Assembly: GCF_963921235.1 (NCBI RefSeq)
Contig: NC_086097.1
Location: 67,520,001-67,580,000 of the forward strand
From: Mobula hypostoma
Taxonomy: Eukaryota
Length of the DNA stretch: 60,000 nucleotides
Direction of reading: 5' to 3'
Below are positions 37,015 to 50,100 of this stretch, in pieces. Each line of letters starts with the position of its first letter. The stretch's first letter is position 1. Below the pieces are notes generated by a model that saw only the letters and a list, made by a program, of their open reading frames with translations, searched no databases and was not told the DNA's origin. A program made the position numbers and the translations under genes.

Positions 37015-37850
37015 CAGTGGCGTGCAAAAGTTTGGGCACCCTCGGTCAAAATTTCTGTTACTGTGAATAGCTAAGAGAGTAAAAAATGAACTGATTTCCA
37101 AAAGGCATAAAGTTAAAGATGACACATTTCTTCAATATTTTCAGCAAGAAAACTTTTTTATTTCCATCTTTTACAGTTTCAAAATAACAAAAAAGGAAAA
37201 GGGCCCGAAGCAAAAGTTTGGGCACCCTGTGTGGCAGTACTTAGTAACACCCCGTGGCAAGTATCACAGTTTATAAACTCTTTCTGTAGCCAGCTAAGAG
37301 TCTTTCAATTCTTGTTTGGGGGATTTTCGTCCATTCTTCCTTGCAAAAGGCTTCTAGTTCTGTGAGATTCTTGGGCTGTCTTGCATGCATTGCTCTTTTG
37401 AGGTCTATCCACAGATTCTCGATGATGTTTAGGTCAGGGGACTGTGAGGGCCATGGCAAAACCTTCAACTTGTGCCTCTTGAGGTAGTCCATTGTGGATT
37501 TTGATGTGTGTTTAGGTTCATTATCCTGTTGTAGAAGTAATCCTCTTTTCATCTTCGGCTTTTTTACAGATGGTGTGATGTTTGCTTCCAGAATTTGCTG
37601 GTATTTAATTGAATTCATTCTTCCCTCTACCAGTAAATGTTCCCCGTGCCACTGGCTGCGACACAAACCCAAAGCACGATCGATCCACCCCCGTGCTTAA
37701 CAGTTGGAGAAGGATACTTTTCATGATACTTGCACCCTTTTTTTTCCAAACATATCTTTGCTCATTGCAGCCAAAAAGTTCTATTTTAACTTCAGTCCAT
37801 GGGACTTGTTTCCAAAATGCATCAGACTTGTTTAGATGTTCCTTTGAACC
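37015..37850 (-). mobile_element. Truncated Tc1 (DD34E) transposon with IR/DR end
   Basis: TA-CAGTGGCGTGCAAAAGTTTGGGCACCC with an inner direct repeat at ~37210; QQDNEPKH..WPSQSPDLNIIENLW with 34 residues between D and E. Confidence 0.92.
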
Positions 37851-37935
37851 CTTTGAGTAGAACTTTTTGGTTGCAATGAGCAAAGGTATGTTTGGAGAAA
37901 AAAGGGTGCAGAATATCATGAAGAGTACCCTTCTC

Positions 37936-38705
37936 TGCCTCATCTGTGTTACTGCGGATGACTCTCCTCTTCCTCACCTTCGATGCCCAAATTGCTGAAG
38001 GCTCTGGCTAAAGAATGGGCTGCGCATCCCCTACATCCAACCTCCACTGGGAGACACCTCGCTCTCCATCCAACCTACTGACAGTTGCTGACTAGCCCTG
38101 CGTACTTGGAGAGCTTCCTTTCAAAGGCCTCTTCCAAGCGATCTTCCTATGGGACTGTCAGCTCCAGCAGCACCACTTAGACTCGGACACAAGGACAATG
38201 TCTGGTCACAGGGTGGTGGCTGCAATATGATTGGGGAACTTCAGCTGCCGTTCGAGGTCCACCAACAGCTGCCAGTCCCTTGCAGAGGTCAGGATGCCTG
38301 TGGATGTTCTTTTGGCGGGTATTGGCTGCTCCCCAGCTCTTACAAGGGCAATGGTCTGCTTGGAGGGTCAGGACCGCTTCGCCCACTTAACTCCTGCGCT
38401 GACGGCTTCAGTGATGGTCTTCAGGATTAGATCATGCCTTCATCGGTACCGTCCCTCACCTCCAGGGTTCCTTGCTTGGAGTACAGTGCTCACGCAGATG
38501 ACTCTGCTTTGCCCCATGTGTACAGGTTTGATGGGCTTGGAAGCACATCATACACTGCCTAGATAAGAAATTGGATACAGTTTGGCTCGGCTTTCCAAAG
38601 CTCAGCCCAGGTTAGTTTCCTCTCAACCACATTCTCCCAACTTGTCCAAGCTCCCTGTTGCTTCATTCCCACCGCCTTGTGGGTTCTTGTCTCCTCCACT
38701 GCTTA
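37936..38705 (-). mobile_element. HERO-like non-LTR retrotransposon remnant (restriction-like endonuclease region)
   Basis: Minus-strand translation through stops: AVGMKQQGAW..KLTWAELWKAEP..YDVLPSPSNL..RYR*RHD..DWQLLVDLERQLKFPNHIAATTL*PDIV..LLELTVP*E..ERKLSKY..PVEVGCRG. Confidence 0.85.
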
Positions 38706-39320
38706 GAAAATGGAGCTCTTCTCCCACCTGACTCAGGTTTATTTCATAAATTGTTTTTAGACTTCAAAAAAACTATTAGGCAAGATAGAGAAGGAAATGG
38801 TAAACAATTGTCAAATACAGAAATAAATGCCAAAGGCAATTGAAGAGTTTTAGCTACTCTTCTAATAAAGTATCCTTGCAAGTAAAATTCTTAACTAATG
38901 ATCTTTAAGTAACCAAGCTGTTTTTGCTAATAATAATAGATCTTGTTACTGTATTGTGCGGACATTTTTAATACTTGCTTTAATAAAGCCTGCCCATTCT
39001 TTGGTAATGGGAAGTTTGGTAGCATGTTAATGCTAACCTGACATGAACGGTATGGCACCATCTGTAGTTGTGTGTAAGGATGGTGAGTGGGGAATAAAGT
39101 TATTCCTTAACTCCATTCTTAATCTTCAATATTTGACTGGATTTTTCTCATAAAATTTTCCTTCCTACTACAAGAACTAGATAATGTATGTTCACTCTGT
39201 CTTGCCCTTCCATGTCAAATTTCATCTAACTTCCACTGTCAAATATCAATGCTGTTTTAAAATGGGGATGCAGGGGTATATGAGCCAGGTGTGAATGCAG
39301 TGGAAGGGGCGGAAGAAGTA

Positions 39321-42300
39321 TAGAAACATAGAAAATAGGTGCAGGAGTAGGCCATTCGGCCCTTCGAGCCTGCACCGCCATTTATTATGATCATGGCTGA
39401 TCATCCAACTCAGAACCCAGCCTTCCCTCCATACCCCCTGACCCCTGTAGCCACAAGGGCCATATCTAACTTCCTTTTAAACATAGCTAATGAACTGGCC
39501 TCAACAGTTTGCTGTGGCAGAGAATTCCACAGATTCACCACTCTCTGTGTGAAGAAGTTTTTCCTAACCTCGGTCCTAAAAGGCTTCCCCTCTATCCTCA
39601 AACTGTGACCCCTCGTTCTAGACCTCCCCAACATCGGGAACAATCTTCCCGCATCTAGCCTGTCCAATCCCTTTAGGATCTTATACGTTTCAATCAGATC
39701 CCCCCTCAATCTTCTAAATTCCAACGAGTACAAGCCCAGTTCATCCAGTCTTTCTTCATATGAAAGACCTGCCATCCCAGGAATCAATCTGGTGAACCTT
39801 CTTTGTACTCCCTCTATGGCAAAGATGTCTTTCCTCAGATTAGGGGACCAAAACTGCACACAATACTCCAGGTGTGGTCTCACCAAGGCCTTGTACAACT
39901 GCAGTAGTACCTCCCTGCTCCTGTACTCGAATCCTCTCGCTATAAATGCCAGCATACCGTTCGCCTTTTTCACTGCCTGCTGTACCTGCATGCCCACTTT
40001 CAATGACTGGCGTATAATGACACCCAGGTCTCGTTGCACCTCCCCTTTTCCTAATCGGCCACCATTCAGTAATCTGTTTTCCTATTTTTGCCACCAAAGT
40101 GGATAACTTCACATTTATCCACATTAAATTGCATCTGCCATGAGTTTGCCCACTCACCCAACCTATCCAAGTCACCCTGCATCCTCTTAGCATCCTCCTC
40201 ACTGCTAACACTGCCACCCAGCTTTGTGTCATCCGCAAACTTGGAGATGCTGCATTTAATTCCCTCATCCAAGTCATTAATATATATTGTAAACAACTGG
40301 GGTCCCAGCACTGAGCCTTGCGGTACCCCACTAGTCACCGCCTGCCATTCTGAAAAGGTCCCGTTTATTCCCACTCTTTGCTTCCTGTCTGCTAACCAAT
40401 TCTCCACCCACACCAATACCTTACCCCCAATACCGTGTGCTTTAAGTTTGCACACTAATCTCCTATGTGGGACCTTGTCAAAAACCTTTTGAAAATCCAA
40501 ATATACCACATCCACTGGTTCTCCCCTATCCACTCTACTAGTTACATCCTCAAAAAATTCTATGAGATTCGTCAGACATGATTTTCCTTTCACAAATCCA
40601 TGCTGACTTTGTCCGATCATTTCACCGCTTTCCAAATGTGCTGTTATCACATCCTTGATAACTGACTCCAGCAGTTTCCCCACCACCGACGTTAGGCTAA
40701 CCGGCCTATAATTCCCCGGTTTCTCTCTCCCTCCTTTTTAAGAAGTGGGGTTACATTAGCCACCCTCCAATCCTCAGGAACTAGTCCAGAATCTAACGAG
40801 TTTTGAAAAATTATCACTAATGCATCCACTATTTCTTGGGCCACTTCCTTAAGCACTCTGGGATGCAGACCATCTGGCCCTGGGGATTTATCTGCCTTCA
40901 ATCCCTTCAATTTACCTAACACCACTTCCCTACTAACATGTATTTCGCTCAGTTCCTCCATCTCACTGGACCCTCTGTCCCTTACTATTTCTGGAAGATT
41001 ATTTATGTCCTCCTTAGTGAAGACAGAACCAAAGTAATTATTCAATTGGTCTGCCATGTCCTTGCTCCCCATAATCAATTCACCTGTTTCTGTTTGCAGG
41101 GGACCTACATTTGTCTTTATCAGTCTTTTCCTTTTTACATATCTATAAAAGCTTTTACAGTCCGTTTTTATGTTCTCTGCCAGTTTTCTCTCATAATCTT
41201 TTTTCCCCTTCCTAATTAAGCCCTTTGTCCTCCTCTGCTGAACTCTGAATTTCTCCCAGTCCTCAGGTGAGCCACTTTCTCTGGCTAATTTGTATGCTAC
41301 TTCTTTGGAATTGATACTATCCCTAATTTCTCTTGTCAGCCACGGGTGCACTACCTTCCTTGATTTATTCTTTTGCCAAACTGGGATGAACAATTGTTGT
41401 AGTTCATCCATGCAACCTTTAAATGCCTGCCATTGCATATCCACCGTCAATCCTTGAAGTGTCATTTGCCAGTCTATCTTAGCTAATTCATGTCTCATAC
41501 CTTCAAAGTTACCCCTCTTTATGTTCAGAACCTTTGTTTCTGAATTAACTACGTCACTCTCCATGTTAATGAAGAATTCCACCATATTATGGTCACTCTT
41601 ACCCAAGGGGCCTCTCACGACAAGATCGCTAATTAACCCTTCCTCATTGCTCAAAACCCAGTCCTGAATAGCCTGCTCTCTAGTCGGTTCCTCGACATGT
41701 TGGTTCAAAAAACCATCCCGCATACATTCCAAGAAATCCTCTTCCTCAGCACCTTTACCAATTTGGTTCACCCAGTCTACATGTAGATTGAAGTCACCCA
41801 TTATAACTGCTGTTCCTTTATTGCACACATTTCTAATTTCCTGTTTAATACCATCTCCGACCTCACTACTACTGTTAGGTGGCCTGTACACAACTCCCAC
41901 CAGCGTCTTCTGCCCCTTAGTGTTACGCAGCTCTACCCATATCGATTCCACATCTTCCCGGCTTATGTCCTTCCTTTCTATTGCGTTAATCTCTTTTTTA
42001 ACCAGCAACGCCACCCCACCTCCCCTTCCTTCGTGTCTATCCCTCCTGAATATTGAATATCCCTGAACGTTGAGCTCCCATCCCTGGTCACCCTGGAGCC
42101 ATGTCTCTGTGATCCCAACTATATCATAATCATTAATAACAATCTGCACTTTCAATTCATCCACCTTATTACGAATGCTCCTTGCATTGACACATAAAGC
42201 CTTCAGGCACTCTTTTACAACTCTCTTAGCCCTTTTTAATGCTTGCCCTGGATTTGTCGGCCTGCCACTTTTACTTTTCCCCTTTGTACTTTTTGCTTCT

Positions 42301-42731
42301 ACGCTCACTTTACACCCCTCTGTCTCTCTGCACTGGTTCCCATCCCTCTGTTGTGAACTAACCTCCTCACACCTAGCCGCTTTAATTTGATTCCCACCCC
42401 CCAACCATTCTAGTTTAAAGTCACCTCAGTAGCCCCCGCTAATCTCCCTGCCAGGATATTGGTCCCCCTAGGATTTAAGTGTAACCCGTCCTTTTTGTAC
42501 AGGTCACACCTGCGCCAAAAGAGGTCCCAATGATCCAAAAACTTGAATCCCTGCCCCCTGCTCCAATCCCTCAGCCACGCATTTATCCTCCACCTCATCG
42601 CATTCCTACTCTCACTGTCGCGTGGCACAGGCAGTAATCCCGAGATTACTACCTTTGCGGTCCTTTTTCTCAACTCCCTTCCTAGCTCCCTATATTCTTC
42701 TTTCAGGACCTCATCCCTTTTCCTACCTATG
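39321..42731 (-). mobile_element. Young CR1 LINE with the end of ORF1 and all of ORF2 (two frameshifts)
   Basis: ORF1 esterase 42410-42673; APE endonuclease (NARSIRNK, GITETWL, GDFN, SDH) 40692-42404; RT (FADD) 40066-40686; C-terminus 39410-40039; tail of TTTCTATG units. Confidence 0.96.
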
Positions 42732-43126
42732 TATATGTATTAAATGGAGCAGGAAAGTCAAGCAGGCAGAGTAGCCAGAGTAGCCAGAGATAGGTGAGGG
42801 CACACCAAAACTAGTAGGCTTAACTGCATTTATTTTAATTTTATTTTAATGCAAGAAACCTTGCAGATCTGAGACCATGGATCAGAATGTGGGAATGCAG
42901 GGAGATCCAAGGGGCAAGTTCCTTACATAAAAGATGGTGGAGGAAAAAACTTCCAGATGAATTGGTACAAGCATAGCTTTTAGAAACATTTGAGTCAGGT
43001 ACATCGATAGGGAAGGATTAGAAGGATATGGGCCAAATAGAGCAAAATGGACTAACTTAGTTGACTTAGGCATCTTTGTTGACATGTTTGAGTCAAGCTG
43101 AAAGATGTTTTTTTGTTGTATATGAT

Positions 43127-43632
43127 GGTTCCTTAAGGCTGTTATATGTAGGGGTGGTAGTGAGGATAAGTTCCCACTACGTATTAAATGTTCCCAGTGG
43201 TGTATATCTCATATAGTTTCTGACAGCCAAGACCAGCTCCTGGCCTCCATGGTGGGTTACTGACATCTTAAAATCAGTTGCTTTCGGTAGATGGGGCTTG
43301 TCAGCCATGGTTGACAGCTCATCTAGGAGAAGGCAAAAACTGATTTCAAACCTCTGCTGCCTTGTGGCTATAACCCACTCATGGGGAATGCTTTGGGAGT
43401 AATCTCCAAGAAAAAAATCCAGAGCTGTCCTATGTTGAGTTCAACGCTGTATGGAAACTCCTACGACATCACTGATGTCAAACTGTATCGGTCTTTGCCA
43501 TTCTTTTGGATTAATCAGCTGCAGGGAGGGGAACTTGCTACATTGGCAACAGCTTACTCTCCATATTGCACTGCCCTGGCTTGCGTTTCACGTAGACAGC
43601 TGGACGCAACGTCCGAGTTAACAACTTGATCA
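43127..43632 (+). mobile_element. Older, internally deleted copy of RTE-related SINE family A
   Basis: Aligns to the reverse complement of 10243-10832; starts GGTTCC. Confidence 0.7.
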
Positions 43633-45879
43633 ATAGTTCCATTTAATATACACCCTGAAATTCTTATTCTTCACAGACATCCACAAAACAGAAGAGTGCC
43701 CTAAAGAATGAATGATAGTAAAAATGTTACAACACCAACATTCCCCCCTCTCCCACGCACAAGCAGTGGCAAACCAACAGCCCTCCCCCACCTACTTACA
43801 CAAAAAAAGCATCAGCACCCACCAAAAACCAGGCAAGCAATAGCAAAGCCCCCAAGAAAGACCATGATCTGTAGTACAACAAGAACTAATCATTCACCTG
43901 ACAATCTAACATAATGAAGGGAGGGAGAAGTGTCCCCCTTTCACAGCAAGAGGGTTGATATAACAAAACTCACTGATTTGTGATGATAAAGTCTAAATTG
44001 TTCAGCCATACATAAAATTTAACAATGATAGTGACGGTTCCGCAGTAAACAGTGCTGAATTATGTGGTCTATCTGAATTTTGCCAGTTACTTGCTCATCA
44101 GAAATATTATGCTAACTGGTCTGTGGTTGGTCTATCTCTTTTTAACAATAATATCTTAACAATCTTCCATTCCCTGCCATTATGCAAAGTCAAAGCATTA
44201 CAAAATGATTGTGCAAGGGAGGAACTAGTGTAGACACAATGGTCTCATTAATTCATGTTGGTTTGGCTTACCTATTCTGTTAATATAAGAGAACTAATGG
44301 AAGATATAAACTTACGTTCTTCTCAACATTAACGCTATTACAGACATTTTCATTCCAAACAATAATAGCATGAGCAACAATTACATAGTCTATTAGATGA
44401 AGTACCAGTATGATTCAAAAGGCACCCCTCAGTGTCATGATCACTGTAGTATTTAAGAGAGAATCACAACCTGTCTTGCTTCTGAAACTTACAGCTGGTA
44501 CATCAATCAAACAAATCATTACTATTAAGCCTGGAAACCAGTTCTTATTCAGTGAGTATAGAAGTACGTACCAGGAACAGCAATAGACTTCATTACAAAC
44601 TGGTGAAGATGCAACATAGGACTGAAAGATAAATGTAGCTTACAATAGAGAGCCAAGTGATCCCATAATGATTGAATAAGATGAAAGCACTTCGATGCTG
44701 CTAGATCCATTGATGAACAGTAGTGAAAATTAAGCCCCTCCTAAAATATCCCTGACCTTATCCTCAATGATGACAAGGCTAATTTTTCCAGTGCAAAAGA
44801 AATGGTTGAATATGTTCACAAATACTTTAGCCTTGAATGCTTGATAGATTACTTTGCTGAGCTGATGATATATATCTCAGATTCTTCCTAATGTCCTCCC
44901 TAACAGAGCCTGTTTTTAACCAATTTAATTAATTCAACACAATATCAAGGCTGCAAGTCCTGAATCAGACACCAAACCCATAAAACTGAAAATATCTTCC
45001 AGAATTAGCTACACTGTTAGCAATCTTCCAGTACAATTACACACTTGGATCTATTTGACAAAATAGAAAATTATCCAGATTCATTTTGTCCACAATAGAA
45101 GTAGGACAAATGTAATCCAATAAAGTAGCACTAATTTAGTTTTCCCTTGCCTATCAGTGACAACAATGCTATCACTTGATCACCAATATCAACCTGTATT
45201 TTTCTAGAACATTTTGGAACTAGATCTCCTTACATTACTGGTACAAAAGGCTGAATTATAAACTGAGGTGAGAGTGACTGCAATATGGCCTTGAGTCAAC
45301 ATGAGATCTAAAGTTGTCATGTTTACTAATGATTGCATAAAGTCCCTTTCATTTTGCATCTCTGCAGAAAATAAAGCATATTGAATCTACATCCATGCAT
45401 AAGATTTAGACAATATTTGTGTCACACAAATGTCAGGCAATGGTCTTTTAAAACAGCGAATCTTACCACGCCCTCTTGGCATTCAATTTACATTTCCATT
45501 TCTAACTGTCCTACCAATATCCTGGGGGTTATCTTGATCAAAAATTTAATAGACAAACAGATAAATGCCGTGGCTACAAGTGCAGTTAAGAAATTGATCT
45601 TCTTTATGGAATTATCTTGATTACTTGATTAGTATTGCTCCAACACAAGCAGCAGATAAAACATCCCATCCATGACGACAAACATTCAATTCATTCATCA
45701 ATGGCATGCCACAAGTACAACTTATACACTCTAAGAATTGTACTGCAGTTTTCTAGTAAAATTATTTTGACTTTTCCCAAAACAACTATCAGCCAAAAAG
45801 CAGAGTGGTGAGCAGGTGCATGACAACACAACTTCAAATTTCCCTTCAATTTACAAATCATTATGTGGGCCTATTGAAT

Positions 45880-46230
45880 ATTGAACGACCTCGATAGACT
45901 GGACGTGGAAAGGCTGTTTCCTATAACAGGGGAGTGTAGGACCAGAGGATACAGTCTCAAAATAGAAGGATGTCCCTTTAGAACAGAGATGAAGAGGAAT
46001 TTCTTTAGTTTAGCCAGAGGGTGGCAAATCTGTTGAATTTATTGCCACAGACAGCTATGTTGGTAAAGGCAATGAGTATATTTAAAGTGGAGGTTGATAG
46101 GTTTCTGATTAGTAAGGGCATCAAAGGCTACAGGGAGAAAGCAGGAGAATGGGGTTGAGAGGGATAATAAATCAGCCATGGTATCATGGCTAAGTGGCTT
46201 AGTTCTGCTCCCAGGTCTTATGGTCTTATG
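45880..46230 (+). mobile_element. CR1 3' fragment
   Basis: Similar to 4670-5040. Confidence 0.75.
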
Positions 46231-47107
46231 GGTCAGTATCATCAGGAGTTAAGGAAATTCTCCACCATTGTCTCAAAGCAATTGAAGATTGGTAATTGCA
46301 AGATGTCAAATTCCATAAATGCATCTTAATAGCTTTTATAATATAGAACTGTAAACTTAAACTCATTGAAGAACCATGAACAAATTTTTTCAACCAAAGT
46401 TTAGGACATAAAGTTATCATCTGTTTTTCACAATAAGAAAGTGTTCTAAGTACTAAGGTTTGCAGGCGCAATTTAAAACTGTGAGAAACTCACAGACACA
46501 TAATGATAGATTTTAAATTATTTTTAATCATTCTTTTCTAATGAGAATTATTAATGGTGTTGTGATAGATTTCAGTAATCCATCTACTGATGTTTGCAGA
46601 GAAATGAGTGAAGAATCACGGTACAAACACAAATAGATAGAGCACTGAATTATGGAGTTTGTCTGAGATATTGATCTGGAACTCAATATATAAAGGAGAT
46701 AATTAAAATGCTACTTCAAGCATGGAATGGAAGCAACAACAGTATATTTTAATTACATTGAATAGTGAACATTTCAATTTACACCCTGTTGATGATCCAA
46801 GATGCTCTGGCTCTATGAATTAAACAATATTCTGTAGGTTTATATTGCAGATGAAATTTGTAAATGAAAGCTGTTGTTGTTCAAGAGCACAAGAACTATT
46901 CTGACATCTGCTATTTATTTCATGTTCATCATTTTATAGGAAGTCAGACTGAAATAAAACACTCCTCCTTTCTTTACTAATTTTACAGTTAAGAAACTGA
47001 TTTTTATAAAGATGATCTATTAAGTTGTAGAAATACAATAGGACCTATCTACTGACCCAGAGATGAATGATTCGCTGCTCTTGTAATATGCATCTAGGCG
47101 GAGCCTT

Positions 47108-50100
47108 AGAATCACAGTCTTAGAACACTACAGCACAAAAACAGGCCCTTCGGCCCACCTAGTCCATGCTGAACTATTATTTTGCCTAGTCCCATCGACC
47201 TGCACCTAGACCATCACCCTCCATACCACTCCTATCCATGTACCTCTCCAAATTTCTCTTAAATTATTTTAAAACTAGTTACCTGAACTGTGTCCCCCTG
47301 ACTATGATAATTTCACAGTACCAAGGCCTAGTGGATGAGGTGGCAGGCTTGCCATCATATTCAAAAACCATTTTTGGTCTGTCGGCAACTTTTCATGTTT
47401 TGAGGTTCATATGCTTAAAATTTGTCGTACAGATCCTGTCCTTTGTGTTACCAATTATGACCCTCCTAAACCCAATGCCTGCTTTCTCCTGGAATTCATC
47501 CTCTATTATACTGAAGTATGACGGGATTGTCGTCACTGGTGATTTCAATATTCATATTAATGGTTTCTCAGATGTGAACTCTATAGTAGCTGAATTCATG
47601 AACTTATTGGACAGCCTAGACCTCACCCAACATGGCACTAAGCCCACCCATCGATTTGGAAATACACTTGATTTAGTAATAACAAAAGGGTTAAATTTTA
47701 TTAATGTCTCTCTATCTGATACCACTATGTCTGATTATTTTTCTGTACTTTTTGATGCCCTCCTGCCTGGAACCAAGACTATAAAAGAAGTTACAGTTAA
47801 GAAATGTCTTCTTGAGGCTGCAACACAGCTTAAATTCCCTGAACTGGCTAGTTTACCTGACTGCTCAGTAAATGAAATAGTTGATTCTTTCAACAATATC
47901 TTGACAAATATATCAAACACTTAGGGTTGAAAAGAAATTACTTAGTAAAACATCACCATGGTTAAACAATTCTGTCCACAAACTCGAGATCATGCAGAGT
48001 AGCTGAGAGAAAATGGAGGAAAACTGGACTAGAAATCCACCATAACATTTTCAAGGAAAAACTAGACTCCTTTAATGCTACTATATGTGCTGCAAAACAT
48101 TTTCCAAGATTATTACAGAAAATAGCAGCTACTCAAGAATATTGTTCTCAACTATAAACCAACTGTCAAACCTGCCCCAACCTATAATGTTCTCAGTCAA
48201 GCATCTGCCACAAAATCTGAGGAATTTGCATTGTTTTTTTTATCAACAGAATTACTCCGATTAGGGAGAGTATAGCTACAGATACTGGTAACTTCTACAG
48301 ACAACCTCTTAAAAAGATGACAACTATGTCAAAATTTACAAATATTTTCTGATTCAGAACTCTACAGTTGTATCAAAGAGTAAACTGTCTACTTGCTGTC
48401 TCGACCCTAAGCCTACATCACTTTTTAAGGATTCTTTTAATAGTGTTTTAAATTCAAAATGAAAATTATTAGCATATCCCTTGAAATTGGAGTTTTTCCA
48501 GATGCCTTCAAAACTACGCTGTCAAACCTCTACTTAAAAAGCCAAATCTTGATAGTGAGGTACTAACTAATTCCAGCCCTATATCAAATTTTCCTATCCT
48601 GGGTAAGATTCGTGAGAAAACTATTTCAACCAACTCAACAATTTTCTGAATGAGAACAATATTCTAGAAACGTATCAGTCAGGTTTTTGATCAAACCACA
48701 GCCTGGAAATGGCCCTTACCAAGATTGTCAGTGTCCTTAGGCTCAGCATTGATGCCAACAGGTTCTCAGTTCTAATTCTTCAAGATATAAGTGCCACCTT
48801 CTACACAATTGTCCACAACATTTTCCTAGGTGCCTTGAGAACTGGGTTGGCCTCTCTGGTCATCACCATCATTATGTGCCACGTTGAATGACGTGGGCGA
48901 TCATAGTCTCTATGATTGTTTCTGGCAATTTTTTTCTACAGAAGTGGTTTGCTGTTGCTTTCTTCTGGGCAATGTAGTGTAGTGTCCTTCTTTGGTCTTT
49001 CTGATAGTGCCCTTATTTGGTTTCATTCATATACTCTTAGAGAGAAATTTTTTTGTCTGTCTTGGAGATCAATTTTCTAAACGATACAATGTACCTTTTG
49101 GTATTGCTCAGGGAAGTCCCCAACTTATACGTGCTCCCCTTAGGAGACATCATTAGAGAGCATAAGCTTGATTTTCATAGTTATGCAGATGACACACAAC
49201 TGTATATCTTGGCTGAGCCTGACAATGATAACACCCTATCTTCTCTGACTTCTGTTATTGCCGCAATAAACAAATGGATGAGCAATAATTTCCTAAAATT
49301 AAGTGAAGATGAACTGAAATACTTCTGTTGGTCCCAAAGCCAAAAGAGATAAACTTCTTGATAAACGTGGGAACTTGGCACCCTTGTAAAATCAGAACTA
49401 ACTAATCTGGGTGTTATCTTTGATTCTGATTTGAATTTTAGATCCTACATAAAGAAAGTGACCAGAGCAGCATTTATACACTTAAGAAATATTGCAAAGG
49501 TGTATCTGTTTCTGTCACGTAATGATGCTGAAAAACTAATTCACTCCTTTATATTGAATGTACTGGATTACTGCAATGCACTTCTTACTGGCCTTCCAAA
49601 CAGATCTGTTGACAAACTTTAACTCATTCAGAATGCACTGCTGGAGTTTTAACCAAAACCATTACGAGGGAGTATATCGTTTCCATACTACTTACTCTCC
49701 ATTGAGCTGCTGTATATTTTAGAATTGATTTTGAAGTTCTCTTCTTCTTTAAACTCTTAACAGTATGGGACTAGAGTACATCACAGAATCATTTTCGTTT
49801 TATAATCCTGCTCGAGTTCTTCTGCCAGTATCTTAAATTTAAACAATCTCTCTTAAAAGATAAGCTTTTTTGAACTACGCCCCTAAACTGTACAATTAAA
49901 TATCTGAACCAATAAGGGATGGAGACTCCATTGACACTTTTAAATACCAGCTCAAAATCTATTTATTTAATCTCACTTTTAACTAACATCTTTTTGTCTT
50001 TTATTTCCTTGTTTATTTTTTATTTTGTTTTTATGTTTGTATTTGGTCCCATTGTAAAGCACTTTGAACTACATCATCTGTATGAAAAATGTTCTATAAA

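Noticed and set aside
42720..42731. CR1 truncation point coincides with the homologous position (CCTACCTATG) where the MITE inserted in the other CR1
   Set aside because: Single coincidence with no supporting mechanism; microhomology with the flank is enough to explain it.
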